A stretch of DNA of 64,000 nucleotides from Octopus sinensis (taxonomy: Eukaryota), in NCBI RefSeq assembly GCF_006345805.1, contig NC_042998.1, forward strand, positions 25,606,001 through 25,670,000. Direction: 5' to 3'. Under the pieces are notes generated by a model, which was not told the DNA's origin, did not search any database, and was given only the letters and a program-made list of their open reading frames with translations. The position numbers were made by a program, and so were the translations under genes. Shown piece by piece: positions 26,658 to 40,611 of the stretch. Positions within the stretch are counted from its first letter, which is position 1. Each line of letters begins with the position of its first letter.

Positions 26658-27908
26658 TCACCTTGACTGACCAGTCCGTCAGGCGTCCATTTGACACCGC
26701 TGGTCACAGCACGCTGTCCACTCCTCTCTGGATCGCGCCTTTCTTATCCACGTGATCCCAATCGTCCTTCTGAAATAGTAACTCCACCCTCGTGGAGGCC
26801 TTCCGGGTGGTCGTTTCCGGGTGGTACCACTCGACAACTGCGCAAGTCCACCGATTATCGGTGAGCCGGGCGATGTGTCCAGCCCATCTAAACTTGCTGC
26901 ATGTATATTCTGCGATGATATCTCTCACGCCGGACTTCTTTCTGATGATCTCGCTACTGATGTGCTCTCTCAACGAGATTCCAAGCATTGACCTTTCCAT
27001 GGCTCTTTGAGCCGTTACCAGTCTCTGCTCTCCTCTCTATGTGGTAGCCCATGTTTCACTACCGTATAACATTGCAGGCAGAACTGCACTGTTAATGAGG
27101 TTGGCGCGGGTGGTCCTGTCCAACCTTCTCTTGAGCACATCCCTTATGCCATTAAACGCCTTCCATCCGGACCTGGGTATCTTGGTGGATTCCTCCTTTT
27201 CGCCTTCGGCCCAGTGCGTCCATGCTGCCAACAAAGCATGCAGAATTCTGTTCTTGATTCGACGGTCATTCAGAATGCTCACAGCAGCCATATTCCTACC
27301 ACTCTATGTCACGCTGGTGAGACCCATATTGAAGTACGGGATTCAAGCCTCTTCTCTTTATCTCCTCAAAGACATACAGCATCTGGAAAGGGTCCAGAAG
27401 CTGGCTACCCGCATGGTTCATGGTCTCAAAAATTTGTCCTATGAAGAAAGGCTGAGGACGCTCGACCTTTATTCTCTTGAAAAACGCCGCCGCTGTGGAG
27501 ATCTCATTCTCGCCCACAACATCATAAGCGGAAAGTGTAACCTCTCGAAAGAACTGTTCTTCACTCCTGCTCCAGAGCGTCAGCTGCGGGGTCATTCCGA
27601 AAAGCTCTACCTGCGACGATTTCATCTCAATCGAAGGAGAGGAGCTTTCTCCGTCCGGGTTGCGGATCCGTGGAACAAGCTGCCAGACGAGATGGTGAAG
27701 ATGCCGACGACCGCTTTGTTCAAAGCCTCCCTTGACCTCAAGTGGCTTGAACTCTTTATATGAACACCACCCTGTACTTAACTCCATGTCCCCCTACATG
27801 GCCTTGCTATTTGCTTTTGAGCCAAATTAACTAACTAACTAACTAACATAATCTCCGTGAGATCTCCTTTTCGATATATCGGCACATATTTACTTCCTGA
27901 ACTCCTGA
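26658..27908 (-). mobile_element. RTE-clade LINE 3' fragment (26658-27169 plus 27849-27908), split by a CR1 insertion
   Basis: QEVNMCRYIEKEISRRL | RSGWKAFNGIRDVLKRRLDRTTRANLINSAVLPAMLYGSETW...MERSMLGISLREHI...KFRWAGHIARLTDNRWT...GRPP; typical RTE post-RT region. Confidence 0.93.
27170..27848 (+). mobile_element. CR1-clade LINE, 5'-truncated (end of ORF2, 3' UTR, (TAAC)n tail)
   Basis: DLGILVDSS...ACRILFLIRRSF...LYVTLVRPILKYG...LERVQKLATRMVHGLKNLSYEERLRTLDLYSLEKRR...LRGHSEKL...FSVRVADPWNKLP, stop at 27763; aattaactaactaactaactaac tail. Confidence 0.95.
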
Positions 27909-27931
27909 ATATATATATATACACATATATG

Positions 27932-27963
<32 letters not shown>

Positions 27964-28228
27964 TGTATGTATGTATGTATGTATGTATGTATGTGTGTAG
28001 GTGTGTGTGTATGTATGTATGTATGTATATTTTGCTTAGACACTATGAGATTCATAACCTGGTGTAGAACTCAATATACGTATGTTTTAGAAGGAAGTGT
28101 TTGTCAAGTACAAAACAGTAATACAAAAACAGAGATGGCAAAGACACAAATGATTATCTTCATATGATAATCATTATTCCTTTGTCTTTTATAAATTTTC
28201 TTTTATAAATGTGTGTGTGTGTGTATGT

Positions 28229-28266
<38 letters not shown>

Positions 28267-28294
28267 AAGTGTGTGTGTGAGTGTGTGTGTGTGT

Positions 28295-28675
28295 GTGTGG
28301 AGATGCATAGCCTGCTGGTCAAGGTATTGCACTCTCGATCACCAGATCATAGGTTTGATTTCTGGGCCAAGTGGTGCCTTGTGTTCATTCAGCTGTAAAC
28401 AGGTAGCCCTGGTCGTTGTTGGACACAGTTCACTTCACATGGTTTTAGCTTTTGAACGACACCACCCAACTGGAGAGGCGAACAGGCCAACATTCCCCAC
28501 CCAGATGGGAAAGCTGGTCAATCCGCAGGGTTGTCCATTGACAGCTGAGTGAACTGGAACAGTATGAAATGAAGAACACATGTAGAAGAACACATGTAGC
28601 CAGTCTGGGAATGGAAACCAAAATCTCAGGATCATGAGTGTGACACCCCTAACAACCAGGCCATGCATCTTCCCA
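28295..28675. mobile_element. Two decayed SINE heads in inverted orientation, flanked by (TG)n and (CA)n
   Basis: gtggagatgcatagcctgctggtc (+) and accaggccatgcatcttcccac (-). Confidence 0.6.
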
Positions 28676-29393
28676 CACACGCACACACGCACACACACAC
28701 ACACACACACGCACACACATACACACACACGCGCGCGCGTGCCTGTGTGTGCACATTTCCTCTGAAAATTGCTGAGCTACAAGCAATGATGTTGTCATTA
28801 TCCCTGCCAACAAATCATTTGCTGGTTTTGGGCCCTCAAAGACGTGCCAAATCAGAGATGACTTACTTGAAAAACAGGGAAAAGTTGACGACAGGAAGGG
28901 CAACAATTTGTAAAACAATGCCTCAATAACATATTCATTTAACCCATACTAGTATGCAAAAAATGGGGGCAGAAACGAAATGAAAATGATATATCTAAGA
29001 CATTATCCTGTGTCATTTTTCTCCTCGAAAATCTCAGCATGTAATTTAAAGAAGATTTGGTTGTTATTTCTAGTAAGGCCAGCCATTACATAGAATGCCC
29101 TCATTAGCTCATCAGCTTTCTAGTTTCAAGAGGTTTGCATTATTAACACAACGTGCCACTGTAAAAAAATAATAAAATGTGTGCTTTCTTCATTTCAAAG
29201 AACAGCAAGGAAGAAGAATATTTTATTGTAATTGCATTACAAAATATCACAAAAGAGGAAGCTTTTGCAGGGAAATAGAATATTTAGAATATAGAATTTC
29301 AATAAAATGTATATAATGTTTGTATGCTTGCCAATTCTGTCAGTCCTGCATTTTTCTTGTATACTAGCACTAAGAGTACAAATGTCACAAAAA

Positions 29394-29433
<40 letters not shown>

Positions 29434-30299
29434 CAGAACGAGATTACAAGCTGACACATATATTATTATTATTGTTGTTGTTGATGTTATTATTATGATG
29501 TATGTGTGTGTGTGTGTGTGTATTTGTATACATTAGGTTCTCTGATAACTTGAGGGCTTTTTTTTTCTATACTTTGTACTCGTTCATATGTCTGAAAAAA
29601 AAAATAACAGGTAAAATTTATTCGAATTTCAAAAATGATAAACTAAATTATAGAGAAAGAATAAAGCGAAAAAAAATCATATTATAAAGATATTTTTTTT
29701 AATGTTCATTCAAATAACACAGTACAGCATGTTGTTTCCAAATTTCCAGTTGGGTTATTTGTGTTAAGGGGCTGTTTTTCTCACAGACAGTTCCTAACTG
29801 ACCTTAATATACTATGTAGTTGACAAAATACAAAAAGAAACAATGCTCATACGCAAAATTAAAAATATAAAATTACGACACTTTACCCATTACAAAGTGT
29901 GTGTGTGTGTGCAAGTATACATATATATATGTATATATTTAACATTATGTATGTATATACATATGATGTGTATGTGTGTATATATATATATATATTTAAT
30001 TTCCTGAAGCAAATGCTTGCTTTTTGACTCCAGATTTCATGCTATTGCAATCTTCAGGCCAGAACTGTTACAGCTTGATTTGGGTGATATATTTATATTC
30101 ATTGATGTAGGTGTGATCTCATGCATGTGTTTGACTATAAGAGGACATGGTTTTAGTTTCTAGATAAATCTGTTAATCAAGTTAATGCCATTCATTTGTC
30201 TAGTTTTTTTTGGTATGGTTATGTATGTATACACACACACATACACACACATGCACACAAATGCACACATACACATATTTACCTGTCTCTCTATCTATC

Positions 30300-31760
30300 T
30301 ACTAAGACAAGCAGAATTCTGTTGAGAACCACACATTGCCAGTTATATCAGTCTATTGTCATTTCCTTTGTTTGGTTCAAGGTTGTGAGGTCAGCCTTCA
30401 CCACTTCATTCCATGTCTTCCTGAGATTTCCTCTTTCCTAAGCTCCATCCACATTGCGGCTAGCACTTCTCTATACAGCTACCTTCATCATGCATATCAC
30501 ATCTCCATACCAGCTCAGTCTTCTTTCTTGAACACTACACATGATTCGTCTTCTTTCATTGCATTTGTACCATGTTGTTTATGTACATCTGCATTCAGGC
30601 AAATCTCCGGCCCCTCCCTTCGATGCTTCTACAATGGCACTTAAAGTGGTTCGATTATGTGGCCCAGTGTCCAGAGTGAGAGCTGATTTGCGATGTCCTC
30701 CTCCCACCTCCACTCCCCAACTGGCGCAAACGTACAGGTGGGCAGCTGAAGACCTGGGCAACGACAATAAAGGAGGACCTCTCCGAACTCACAGGTCCGC
30801 GGGTGGTTGGTCTGTGCAGATGGAACCGCGAATGGCTCGCTATCCCCAGTGACCTCGCACAGGACCATCGAGCATGGGCCACCATGGTTCGTGATGCTGT
30901 CAGGACCAGAGAAGAAGCCAGCTCAACCCACCCTCGGTGAACGCCATCACAAGTACAAGTAAGCACATCTGCATTGCACACCCAACATTGTGAATACCCT
31001 TTGTCACCAGCTACATCCTGGTTCTCTCTCAGACATTGTCTCACAATCCTGAACACTCCACATCTCTTATCTTCACATTGTAGGACATATGCAAACTTTT
31101 TCCCGTTTTGCCCCACCATTAACCAAACACACCTATCGTCTAGCTACCCTTCAAGTCGTTTGATAATGCTCCTTGCTCCCACCTTCCTTCCATGGTTTCT
31201 GTTATGTCACAATACTGCACAGTGGCTGTGTGTGCTACGAAATCCTCGTTGCCACTGTTTTATCGCACATTCGGATGACCTCTACTCAACTCTGCTCTCT
31301 TCTCTCCTCGACGTCTAGGCTTCTCCCTCTATATCTATGTATTGGGCTAGCCTACTTCATCGTCTGGGGGCATCCAGACAAAAGTTTCCAAGCTTGTCTC
31401 TTAGACTTCACTGCCCTATCAACCTTACCATTCCACCACCATTTTTACTTTTGCTTGGCTAGGACTGTGCTCCAGCCACAAGTCTGATCTGTAGCCTTAA
31501 GCAGATTATTTCACAGAAATTCCCATTTGTCATCATATGCTACAGGTATCTAAATCTTTCTCTCTACAGTGATATGTGTCAATTAGAATTTCTGTAAACC
31601 TATTCCCAACTGCAAGATCCTTCAGTTTCCATATCTTTCTTTCTCCATATTGTCTGTTGCTTCTGTGTTTGTCTAGCTCTGACTCTAAAATAAAGCTACC
31701 ATAAACTTTACTATAGCATATTTGTACATAGACTAATGTGGCTTCATATAAACGAAGGAA
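30300..31760 (-). mobile_element. Patchwork of decayed RTE LINE fragments
   Basis: KIWKLKD...RF (about 31620); WWWNGKVDRAVKSKRQAWK (about 31400); EDKRCGVFRIVRQCLRENQDVAGDK (about 31050); tacttgtacttgtgatggcgttcacc shared with 40305; RKTWNEVVKADL (about 30400). Confidence 0.75.
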
Positions 31761-32700
31761 CTTTATGCCATTTCGGCACAATTTGATAAACTTTTCTCCT
31801 TCTAGCTCTATTACACAAAGATAAATTTTACTTATATAGCAGATATATGTATGTAACTAGGCTTGAATTTTTATCACTGAATAGCTATTTTATTAAGTCC
31901 TGTTGCTGCCTCTCTTCTCAAATTTCCCTTCTGTCTTCAAATAATTTTCAGTTTCTCTCAGTGTTTCCTTCTCCCTGCTTTATTTCCTTCGTGCACACAC
32001 ATAATCACGCATGGCTCTCTTTCCTCCTCCCTTCTTTTTATCTTCCTTCAATGAAACCTGCATACATTTATATATATTATCAATTTTGTTTTGTTTGATA
32101 CTCCCATTTGCAGTATAGCAAAGCTACTTTGTTCAGTGAGTAATGGTATATTTGTATGTTAAGTAGACTGGGAAGCAGTGGGTCATGTCAGTAGGGAGAT
32201 CTCTGACGCATTTTAATATACATTTATGTGTGAGTTGTTGTCAATGGGTCTCAACGTAAGAATGAATGACAGTGTAATTTAAACTTGTATGGCTGCTCTG
32301 AAATTTAATCATATTTGGTTTAAAATTTCCTTTCTCAAACCTCCTGGTTCAAAGTTCAATCCCTCTGTGCAACACCTTAGCAAGGTATCTTTTACTTTTG
32401 CCTCAGAAACTTATATCTGTATACATATAGGTAAATATACGTAAACCCATTTACACTGTAAATGGGGAAATCTGGGACAGGTTGGCATTCTTTGCAGGGT
32501 AACATTGGCCTGCGCACCTAGCCATGGCCTGACATCATTTAAAAGCTAAAACAATGTGAGGAAGCACATTGTGATCAGCAGTGTGAAATGACAACTGTTA
32601 GCCAGGTCAATACCATGATAGAGTCATATATGTATACACACACACACACACACAGAGATATATATATATATATGTGTAAAAAATATATATAAAAATTTAA

Positions 32701-32915
32701 AATGGGACAAGAACGCAAAACATTCAAATAGATGACACAAAAACCAGACGGGTCATTCGAAGCCTCTAATCTTCAGTCAAGAACTGGATCATCCTCGCAA
32801 TTTCGGCTGATTAATCTTGTGATCGCTCCGATCGAGCCAGCCCCAAGGAAAAACTAAGCTATGAGCATTAGATTTCTTGGAAAAAGGATCGAATGTATAT
32901 GAAACAGGGACAGAA
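32701..32915 (-). mobile_element. (TA)n-flanked element with degenerate hammerhead-like motif (possible Penelope-like family H4)
   Basis: Minus strand ggctg...cagcc-gaaa (stem II plus GAAA), but the CUGANGA box is eroded. Confidence 0.4.
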
Positions 32916-32971
32916 AAACGATATATATATATATATATAATATACATAACATATACATATATATATATATA

Positions 32972-33355
32972 ACATCATCATCATCATTTAGCATCTGTCT
33001 TCCATGCAAGCATGGGTAGGAAGGTTGACAGGAACTGGCCAGGTAGAAAACTACCCCAGGCTACTGTGTCTGGTTTGGCAGGGTTTTTACATCTGGACGC
33101 CCTTCATAACACCAACCAATCCACAGAGTGGACTCAGTGCTATTTACAAGACACTAGCACAGGTGAGATTAGTTTTGGCATGATTTTTACAGCTGGATAC
33201 CCTTCCAGATACGATTCACTCCACAGTGTGGACAGGATGCTTTTTATGGAGTACCAGCACTGGCAGGGTCACCAAGTAACTCAGAAGACAAGGTATTTTG
33301 AGAGGGGGAAGGGCATTTGAAGAGGGAACTTGTGTCAGATGATGAAAGGTTAGAG
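32972..33355 (-). mobile_element. SINE family D, decayed
   Basis: catcatcatcatttagcatctgtcttccatgcaagcatgggtagg... Confidence 0.65.
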
Positions 33356-33384
33356 TGTATATGTATGTATAAATAAATAGATAA

Positions 33385-33442
<58 letters not shown>

Positions 33443-33810
33443 CTGTGTGTGTGTGTGTGTGTGTATGTATATTTAACATTCACTCTAAGCTGATTGGTGA
33501 TACAGTATGGGCAGATTTTCGAAATCCAATGAATCTTTATACATTTATACAGTTAGGAAATTTTACAAATACACTTTTTCAAGGAGATATGATAAACCTA
33601 TCATAATGGGTAATACTACATGTAATATTTATATTTTTTATATTGTGATATAATCTTTGGACCAACAATGTTTGCGGCTGAAGAGAGCTTTACACCATCT
33701 TTTATATCAAAAATGCACTGATGTAATAATGGATTGTTTATAAAGCTTGAAACACATGTACCACGATATCCTTTGTGTTCTGTTTTTAATTTATATTTGA
33801 TATATGTATG

Positions 33811-33849
<39 letters not shown>

Positions 33850-33852
<3 letters not shown>

Positions 33853-33962
33853 AGAATTCACAAAAAAACAAAAGATGAAGACAGGTAGTGTAGACAACAA
33901 ACAGATGTATTAGTATAATGCTCGGGAAGTGAAAAAGTCTTTAATGTTTCGAGCCTACGCTA
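33850..33962 (-). mobile_element. Penelope-like family H2, 5'-truncated copy
   Basis: Reverse complement agcgtaggctcgaaacattaaagactttttcacttcccgagcattatactaatacatctg. Confidence 0.65.
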
Positions 33963-35002
33963 GAAAGAAACAAGTTGTAGCTTCGAGATTTCGATGATGT
34001 AATTGTTTATTTCTAGAATGGCATTATAGGCTAGATGGGAGAGGCCTGATCTGGCCAGTTTGAGACTAAAACGTAGAATATTTGGGCTGGTTATGGCCAG
34101 TTTAATTGATAAAGGTTTAAATGAATAAAACAATTATCAAATATGTAGAATTAACAGATTGTTAACAAGTGCCTAATTTAGTGAGAGCTACCAAGGGATA
34201 CATTTTACATATAATTTGATTAAACTATCATGATGTATATTTGCCATTTAAATATGGCTAACCCCTAAGGGTGGATGCTACTGTAGTTTGTAGCCCCAGG
34301 AGGACACCTCCTCCAGCTGGCTATAGACACACTTTCTGTGCTCTTGATTAAACTATATTATGGCGAAAAAATATGCACATTAATGTTTGGTTTTAAATAT
34401 TTTGATGGCAATTTCATTCAAGCTTCTAAAAACAGTATTGATAAGACTGTCTGTGACTTATCTGTGAGTTAAACACAGTGCCAAGAATGTTGTATGTATA
34501 ATGAAGCATAAGGCACATCCACTAATGCACCTTCTCTATTGGTGCAATGTATTCAAGAATATAAAACAGTATGCCTCATTTAATGAATAAAAACTATGCA
34601 CTTTATCATTTCCTGTTTTTTTAAGACTGTTTATATTTATAAGCTCAAATATATACTTTTTTACTGAATACATTTTGCGGTTTTATGTGCAAAGAGCATT
34701 TGAATTATTATCATTATTGTCTTCATAAAGATATAAATATGGTTTTGTGGTTAAGCTCCCTTATCAACGCTATGGTTGTGAGTGGATAAGGCTGATGGAA
34801 ACTAAAAGAAGCTTATTTTGTTTGTGTGTGTGTGTATATATAAATAAATAAATGGAGTTTAACGCAGGTATAAATCAAATACGTTTACTTTCGACACATG
34901 TTTCAAAGATTCCTCTTTACTTGTGTGATTTTTTTACTACCCTGGTAACTTTTTATCTATTTTTTCCGCATTAATTGTTAACAAGGCAAAAATGCACTCA
35001 TC

Positions 35003-35033
<31 letters not shown>

Positions 35034-36429
35034 ATTTATAATATATATATATAATAAATAATGCACCCTTTTAAAGCCTAGCCAAGCTCATGGCCCGATT
35101 TCCTAGTTTACTCATTTTTGTCAGCTGAGTGTCGTGGAGCAACGTGAAATGAAGTGTTTTGCTCAAGAACACAATACATCAACCTGGTTCAGGAATCGAA
35201 ACCACAATCTAACGATCATGATGCTAACACCCTAACTACTAAGCCACGCGCCTCCACATATATATACATATATACATATATATTCTTTTATTCTTTGACT
35301 TGTTTCAGTCCACTGACTGTGGCCATGCTGGAGCACTGCCTTTAGTTGAGCAAATCGATCCCAGGACTTATTCTTTGTAAGCCTAGTGCTTATTCTTTAT
35401 AAGCCTAGTGTTGTCCCACTGGCTGGGTGGGGAGGCCTATGATGTATAAGAGACCGAGATCATGATAGTCCCTCTAAACAGGTCACCAATTTGTCACAGG
35501 GGATCTTATATGAGCTGCAAAATGAAGTGTTTTGCTCAAGAACACAACACATTGCCTGGTCCAGGAATTGAAACCATGAACTATGCTTGTTTGTGAATTT
35601 TTTGTCTTAGTGTCTCGTTATTCTCAGTTGTTCTCCATTCTGATAAAGTTGAAAGTGGTTGTCAATTCATGGTTTATGGTGATTACTTATATTGATACGG
35701 GTCGATTTACTTTATAGATAATCTTATTAAGCTTGGATAATGCTTAGATAATGGTGTCTAGTTTTAAAAGATATTGTGTCATATGTACATATAAATATGC
35801 ACATATCCACACACCAACATAGAATGTGTGTGTATATTTATATATGTGTAAGTGTCTATGTGTTTCAGAATATATATATCTGTGTATGCCTGTATATGTT
35901 TGTGTGAATGTTTACATTCTATATTTCATGTGGAAAACACTGTACTACAATTGGTGACAATTGTTGGCATTATCTTTCAACAAATTGTTCTCTAGCTTTG
36001 GGCCTTCAAAGAATAAAAAATCCCTTGAAAAACAGGTAAGTTTTCAAGACAGGAAACTGCATCCAACTATAAAACAATGACTCAGAAATATATGTATCCA
36101 TCTAACCCATGCTAGCATAGAAAAATGGATGTAAAACAAACGAATTTATGTAACATTAAAGAACTCTTCGTTACAGTCATTTGATCTACTACAAATAGCA
36201 ACCAAATCCCCTTCAAATCGCTTTTATGTTCATAAAAATGACAAAAAACGATTCAGATATTGGGTTATAGGGTCATAGACACACAATGTATGAAAATAAC
36301 ATGTAACAGTCATGGCTGGAGTGTGTTTGATAATAGGTTTGTTTACTCAATCAAGGCTGAACCTGAGTTAGAAACAAAAACAACAGCAACCTTTGTAGTT
36401 GATGGAATGATTAATTAAATTACGACTGG

Positions 36430-36700
36430 AGATGCTGTTAATGATAAGAGAGATTCTTGATTGGAAAATGTGTGCAAGAAATTGAAAGAAATGTCACCAA
36501 TGTCTAGAAAAGAAAGTGTATTCTTTCAGTTTATAAAAGAATATTGCATAATGTATGGAAAGTGTTATCAGCAGGGTGCCATGTGGCTGTGAGATAGCAG
36601 TTTCAGAGAAAATAAAGGATGAGCATTAACTGAAAGAGATGATGTGGATGATGTGGATGTGAATGTGTGTGATAGATTAAGTTCATGCATACAACTGCAA
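36430..36700 (+). mobile_element. Highly decayed RTE LINE fragment
   Basis: Residual similarity to the KFRELLP...KG.LY..CV.S.M..GSETWAV...E..M.RWM region. Confidence 0.4.
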
Positions 36701-37629
36701 CAGCAGCGATGGTGATGACAATAAGAACAACAACAACTGCATTACAGAAAATAAATGACTGAAATATTTGAGTCATTCATCAAAGTATGCGCAAGAGACA
36801 ATTTCGATATAGCATGAACAGGCATTATTATAAATGGATGGTGCATGTTATGTGAGAAATGTCTATATATCATTATTCTAAATAAGACAGTGATACAGTT
36901 TTAATATATACAATTGGAAAAATAAGAAGAGAGAGAGAGAGAGAGAGAGAGAAAGAGGGAGAGTGAGTGTGAGGGGAAGAATTTATGCATAAAGAGGGGA
37001 CAAATGAGAAAAAGGGAAATTCAAAATGAAACAAAAAATAAAATGAATAAGATCAAAGAATATACAGAGACAAGAAGATAAAGATTGATAAAGAGAAAGT
37101 GGGGACAGCTAAAGGGATCGACAAAATAGAGAAGGAATGTGAGTGAAGATAGAAAGAATAAGGAAATAATAAGACAAGGATGTAAGAAAGGCAGGAAAGA
37201 GAGAGAGAGAGAGAGAGAGAGATTGATTATATATGCAGTAGAGAAGCCAATTGTAAGCTGACATTCCAACAGACAATTAATAAACATTTGAACCAAAAGA
37301 CATAGTCAGAAAGGTTGCTTGGAATTTGTCTTAAATGTCAATAAGTTTCCTTTAAATTTCTCTTGGCTTGCCAGAGATGCTTTGTTGAACATTGTTCAAA
37401 GATGCAATAGGTTTTGATGCTTGCTATTAAAGATGTTGAAATATTAATTTTGTTATTATTTTCTAACTCTATATGCACATAGAGTTTATTTGTGTGTATG
37501 TGTGTGTATATATATATATATATATACAAACACACAAAAATATATAGTTAACATGTGTGTGTGTATGTATATATATATGTATATGTGTGTGTATGTGTGT
37601 GTATATATATATATATACATACACACACA

Positions 37630-37671
<42 letters not shown>

Positions 37672-37892
37672 ATATATATTATATATATAATGGTAGGGAA
37701 TATAACTATTTATTGTACTTCATTGATTTTTAGAATAAGGTTTTTTTAGCATATGATTTTTATGTTTTCTATATGGTGTGAATAACATCTTTCATTATTG
37801 AATTTTTTAATAGAGGTTTGTCTCTAAATTATATACATATACATATATATATATATGTATGTATATATATATATATAATATATATATATAAT

Positions 37893-37973
<81 letters not shown>

Positions 37974-38039
37974 CACTTTATTTGTCAGACTATCAAATCT
38001 CCTTTTACATAACTACTTAATACATGCTCCCATTCTTTC

Positions 38040-38540
38040 CTTCCATCCTTCTCATCTTGGATTTTTTGGCCATGTCACCTTCCAGTAATCCTGCAAGTCT
38101 TCCAGGTGATTTCTGCTGACCTCTCAGATACCACTCAACAATTCCACGGGTCCACCTGTTGTCTGTGAGCCTTATAACATATCCAGCCCAACAGAACTTG
38201 TGATTTTAGTATTCTGCAATCACTTTACTTGCTCCACTTCATTCTCAAATTTCCTCTTTTTTGGATATGTTCTTGGAATGATATTCTTAACACAAATTTT
38301 TCCATGGCCTTCTGTATCATAGTCAGTTGCTGTTCTTCTTTCTGGTTACCCACATCACACTCGTTTTCAAAAAAGCAGGTAGGACAGCGCTAATGAAGAA
38401 ATTGGTATGCAGTGTCTTGTCCAACTGTGCTTTGAATGTATTTTTAATCGATGCAAATGCCTTCCACCCTGCTCTTACTTTGCACACGATTTCAGCATTC
38501 ATTCCTTGATGTATATTTCTTGTCTGTTCCAAATATACTC
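38040..38540 (-). mobile_element. RTE LINE fragment, decayed
   Basis: KVRAGWKAFASIKNTFKAQLDKTLHTNFFISAVLPA; paralog of 26658-27169. Confidence 0.8.
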
Positions 38541-38643
38541 CTTCTTCCTATGATATATGATACTGTTGCTTGAACTAAACATAATGTAATCAGTAGAAAG
38601 AATAATTCTGAGAATATAAATATAAGAAACTACAATGACATGG

Positions 38644-38920
38644 GTGGAGACACATAGCCTAATGGTTAGAGCAGTGGACTCGCAGTCGAGGGATCGTGAG
38701 TTTGAATTTCAGACCGGGCGATGTGTGTGTTTATGATCGAAACACCTAAGCTCCACGCGGCTCCAGCAGAAGGTAATGGCAAACTTTCTGCTGATTCTTT
38801 CACCACAACTTTCTCTCACTCTTTCCTCCTGCATCTTGCAGCTCACCTGTGACGGACCGGCGTCCCATTCAGGTGGGGAACCTATACACCAAGGAAACCG
38901 GGAAACCAGCCCTTATGAGA
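38644..38920 (+). mobile_element. SINE family C (tRNA-Arg-like head)
   Basis: tagcctaatggttagagcagtggactcgcagtcgagggatcgtgagtttgaatttc; A and B boxes, TCG at the anticodon position, no acceptor stem. Confidence 0.8.
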
Positions 38921-40199
38921 AGGAACAAAGAAAAAACAGTGACATGGAGAGCATAATCACTCATGACACATGAGGACACTAGTGAAACGTTCATACCAAG
39001 ACTACAATGAAATGCATGCATAGAAGACCAGACATCATGATCTAGGATGGAGAAAAGAAATTATGCACAGAAAAATTATTGAAATCAATTAATCAGTAGA
39101 AGTTACCACTGGATAATATACACTGATGTATAAAAAGACAGGATGGTCCTATCTGCAATACCTTTTATTGTATGTCTGTTTAATCAGTGCTGATCTGTAC
39201 CTGAAAACAATTTTACTTTGACCAAGAAAGCAAGACCTCTGGTGGTTGCTCAATTTGCTTGGGAAAGGCTTTATTGTAGTTTCTTTGTATAAGCATGAAG
39301 ATGAGATAATACATATTTTATTTCAACTACTTGGAGAAAACCAACATCTATACATATCTATATCTAAATATATATTTCATGGCCATATATATGACCATGA
39401 AAGAAAGGTTAATAGAAAAAGAATAAACTGTCTTAGGTAACAAATGTCATTGAATTATTTTCTTCTGTATTGAAATTTCTATGAAAATAGGAAATAATCT
39501 GACATTTTACTTATTTCCAGAGAACTTGTATCATTCTTACAGCATTCTCAGTGTTATTTCAGCAGTTGAATATCTGTAGTTCCAGTACCAATGCAGGTAA
39601 ATTACCAAATCAGCCAGCTACCAAGATAACTTGTTTATTGAAGAACTTTCATCTTTTGTTTGACACTTAGCAACAGTTTTTATCTATTGATTTCCTTCTA
39701 CCACTCTAACAATAGAAAAGAACTGTGTGCGTTTTAGAATGTTAATCCACTGCAGCAAAAATAAAAGAATAAGGTATTTATGGAAACATTCCTATACAAT
39801 ACATTGAAGCATTTTCTACATCACAGAATCTCTAAAAGATAATGCAAATATTTGTATTACATGAACATAAAATACTTTTATTTGCTCCATGTATATATTT
39901 TTTTGTTTCTGTTCAGTGTTTATTTATTAAATTAATCCAGTAGGTGCCTAAGAATATATCTTTTAAAAAAATCTCATTTTTATTTTTCACATGATGTATT
40001 ATTTCTAAAATATCACTGTCTTTCTTTAATAATGCGTTCTTTGATGATAACGTTTTATATTACACTTTGCTATGCATACAACATCTATATATTTTATAAG
40101 CTCTGATATTTATTGAGAATTAAAATTAAGCTCAAAAACCTCCATTGCCTTTACCGTTGGTAGGATCAGGTTGATATGCGTCACAAAAATATTTTACAT

Positions 40200-40515
40200 T
40201 AACCCAAGGAAGACATCATCACAGCTAGACGAAGGAAGCTGCTTGGCGGCCGTGTATTGCACTTACTGTGAGAGAGACTGACAAGGACAGCTATTGAGTG
40301 GACACTTGTACTTGTGACGGCATTCACCCAGGGTGGGTTGAGTGGAAGGAGAAGAAAAGACAAGACAGTGAAGAAATGAGAAAGGACAGTGCAAGAAGAC
40401 TTGACCAAGATTGGTATCACCTGGCAAGAAGGATGCAGTTTGGCACAGAATGGTTCCACTTGGAGAGCTCTCATTGCCTGATGCTCTTTGAATGACCAGA
40501 AGTAACATCATCATC
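40200..40515 (+). mobile_element. RTE LINE 3' end
   Basis: RTAIEW...TVQEDLTKIGITWQEG..LAQNGSTWRALIA; ends ccagaagtaacatcatcatc. Confidence 0.75.
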
Positions 40516-40611
40516 AACTAAAACTATGAAAAGTTATTTTGTTCTTTTAACTTTACGGTAAAGGCAATGGCAAATACCTGTAATCATCCTCACTATAGTC
40601 TCTTTATTTTG

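Noticed and set aside
27041-27763. 240-aa ORF as a host gene
   Set aside because: Chimera of antisense RTE and CR1 ORF2 C-terminus.
39150-39760. Candidate small exons with good splice sites (about 39520-39596 +, about 39165-39203 -; also about 52860-52926 -)
   Set aside because: Short open frames with no recognisable family and no consistent multi-exon chain; AG/GT matches are expected by chance in AT-rich DNA.
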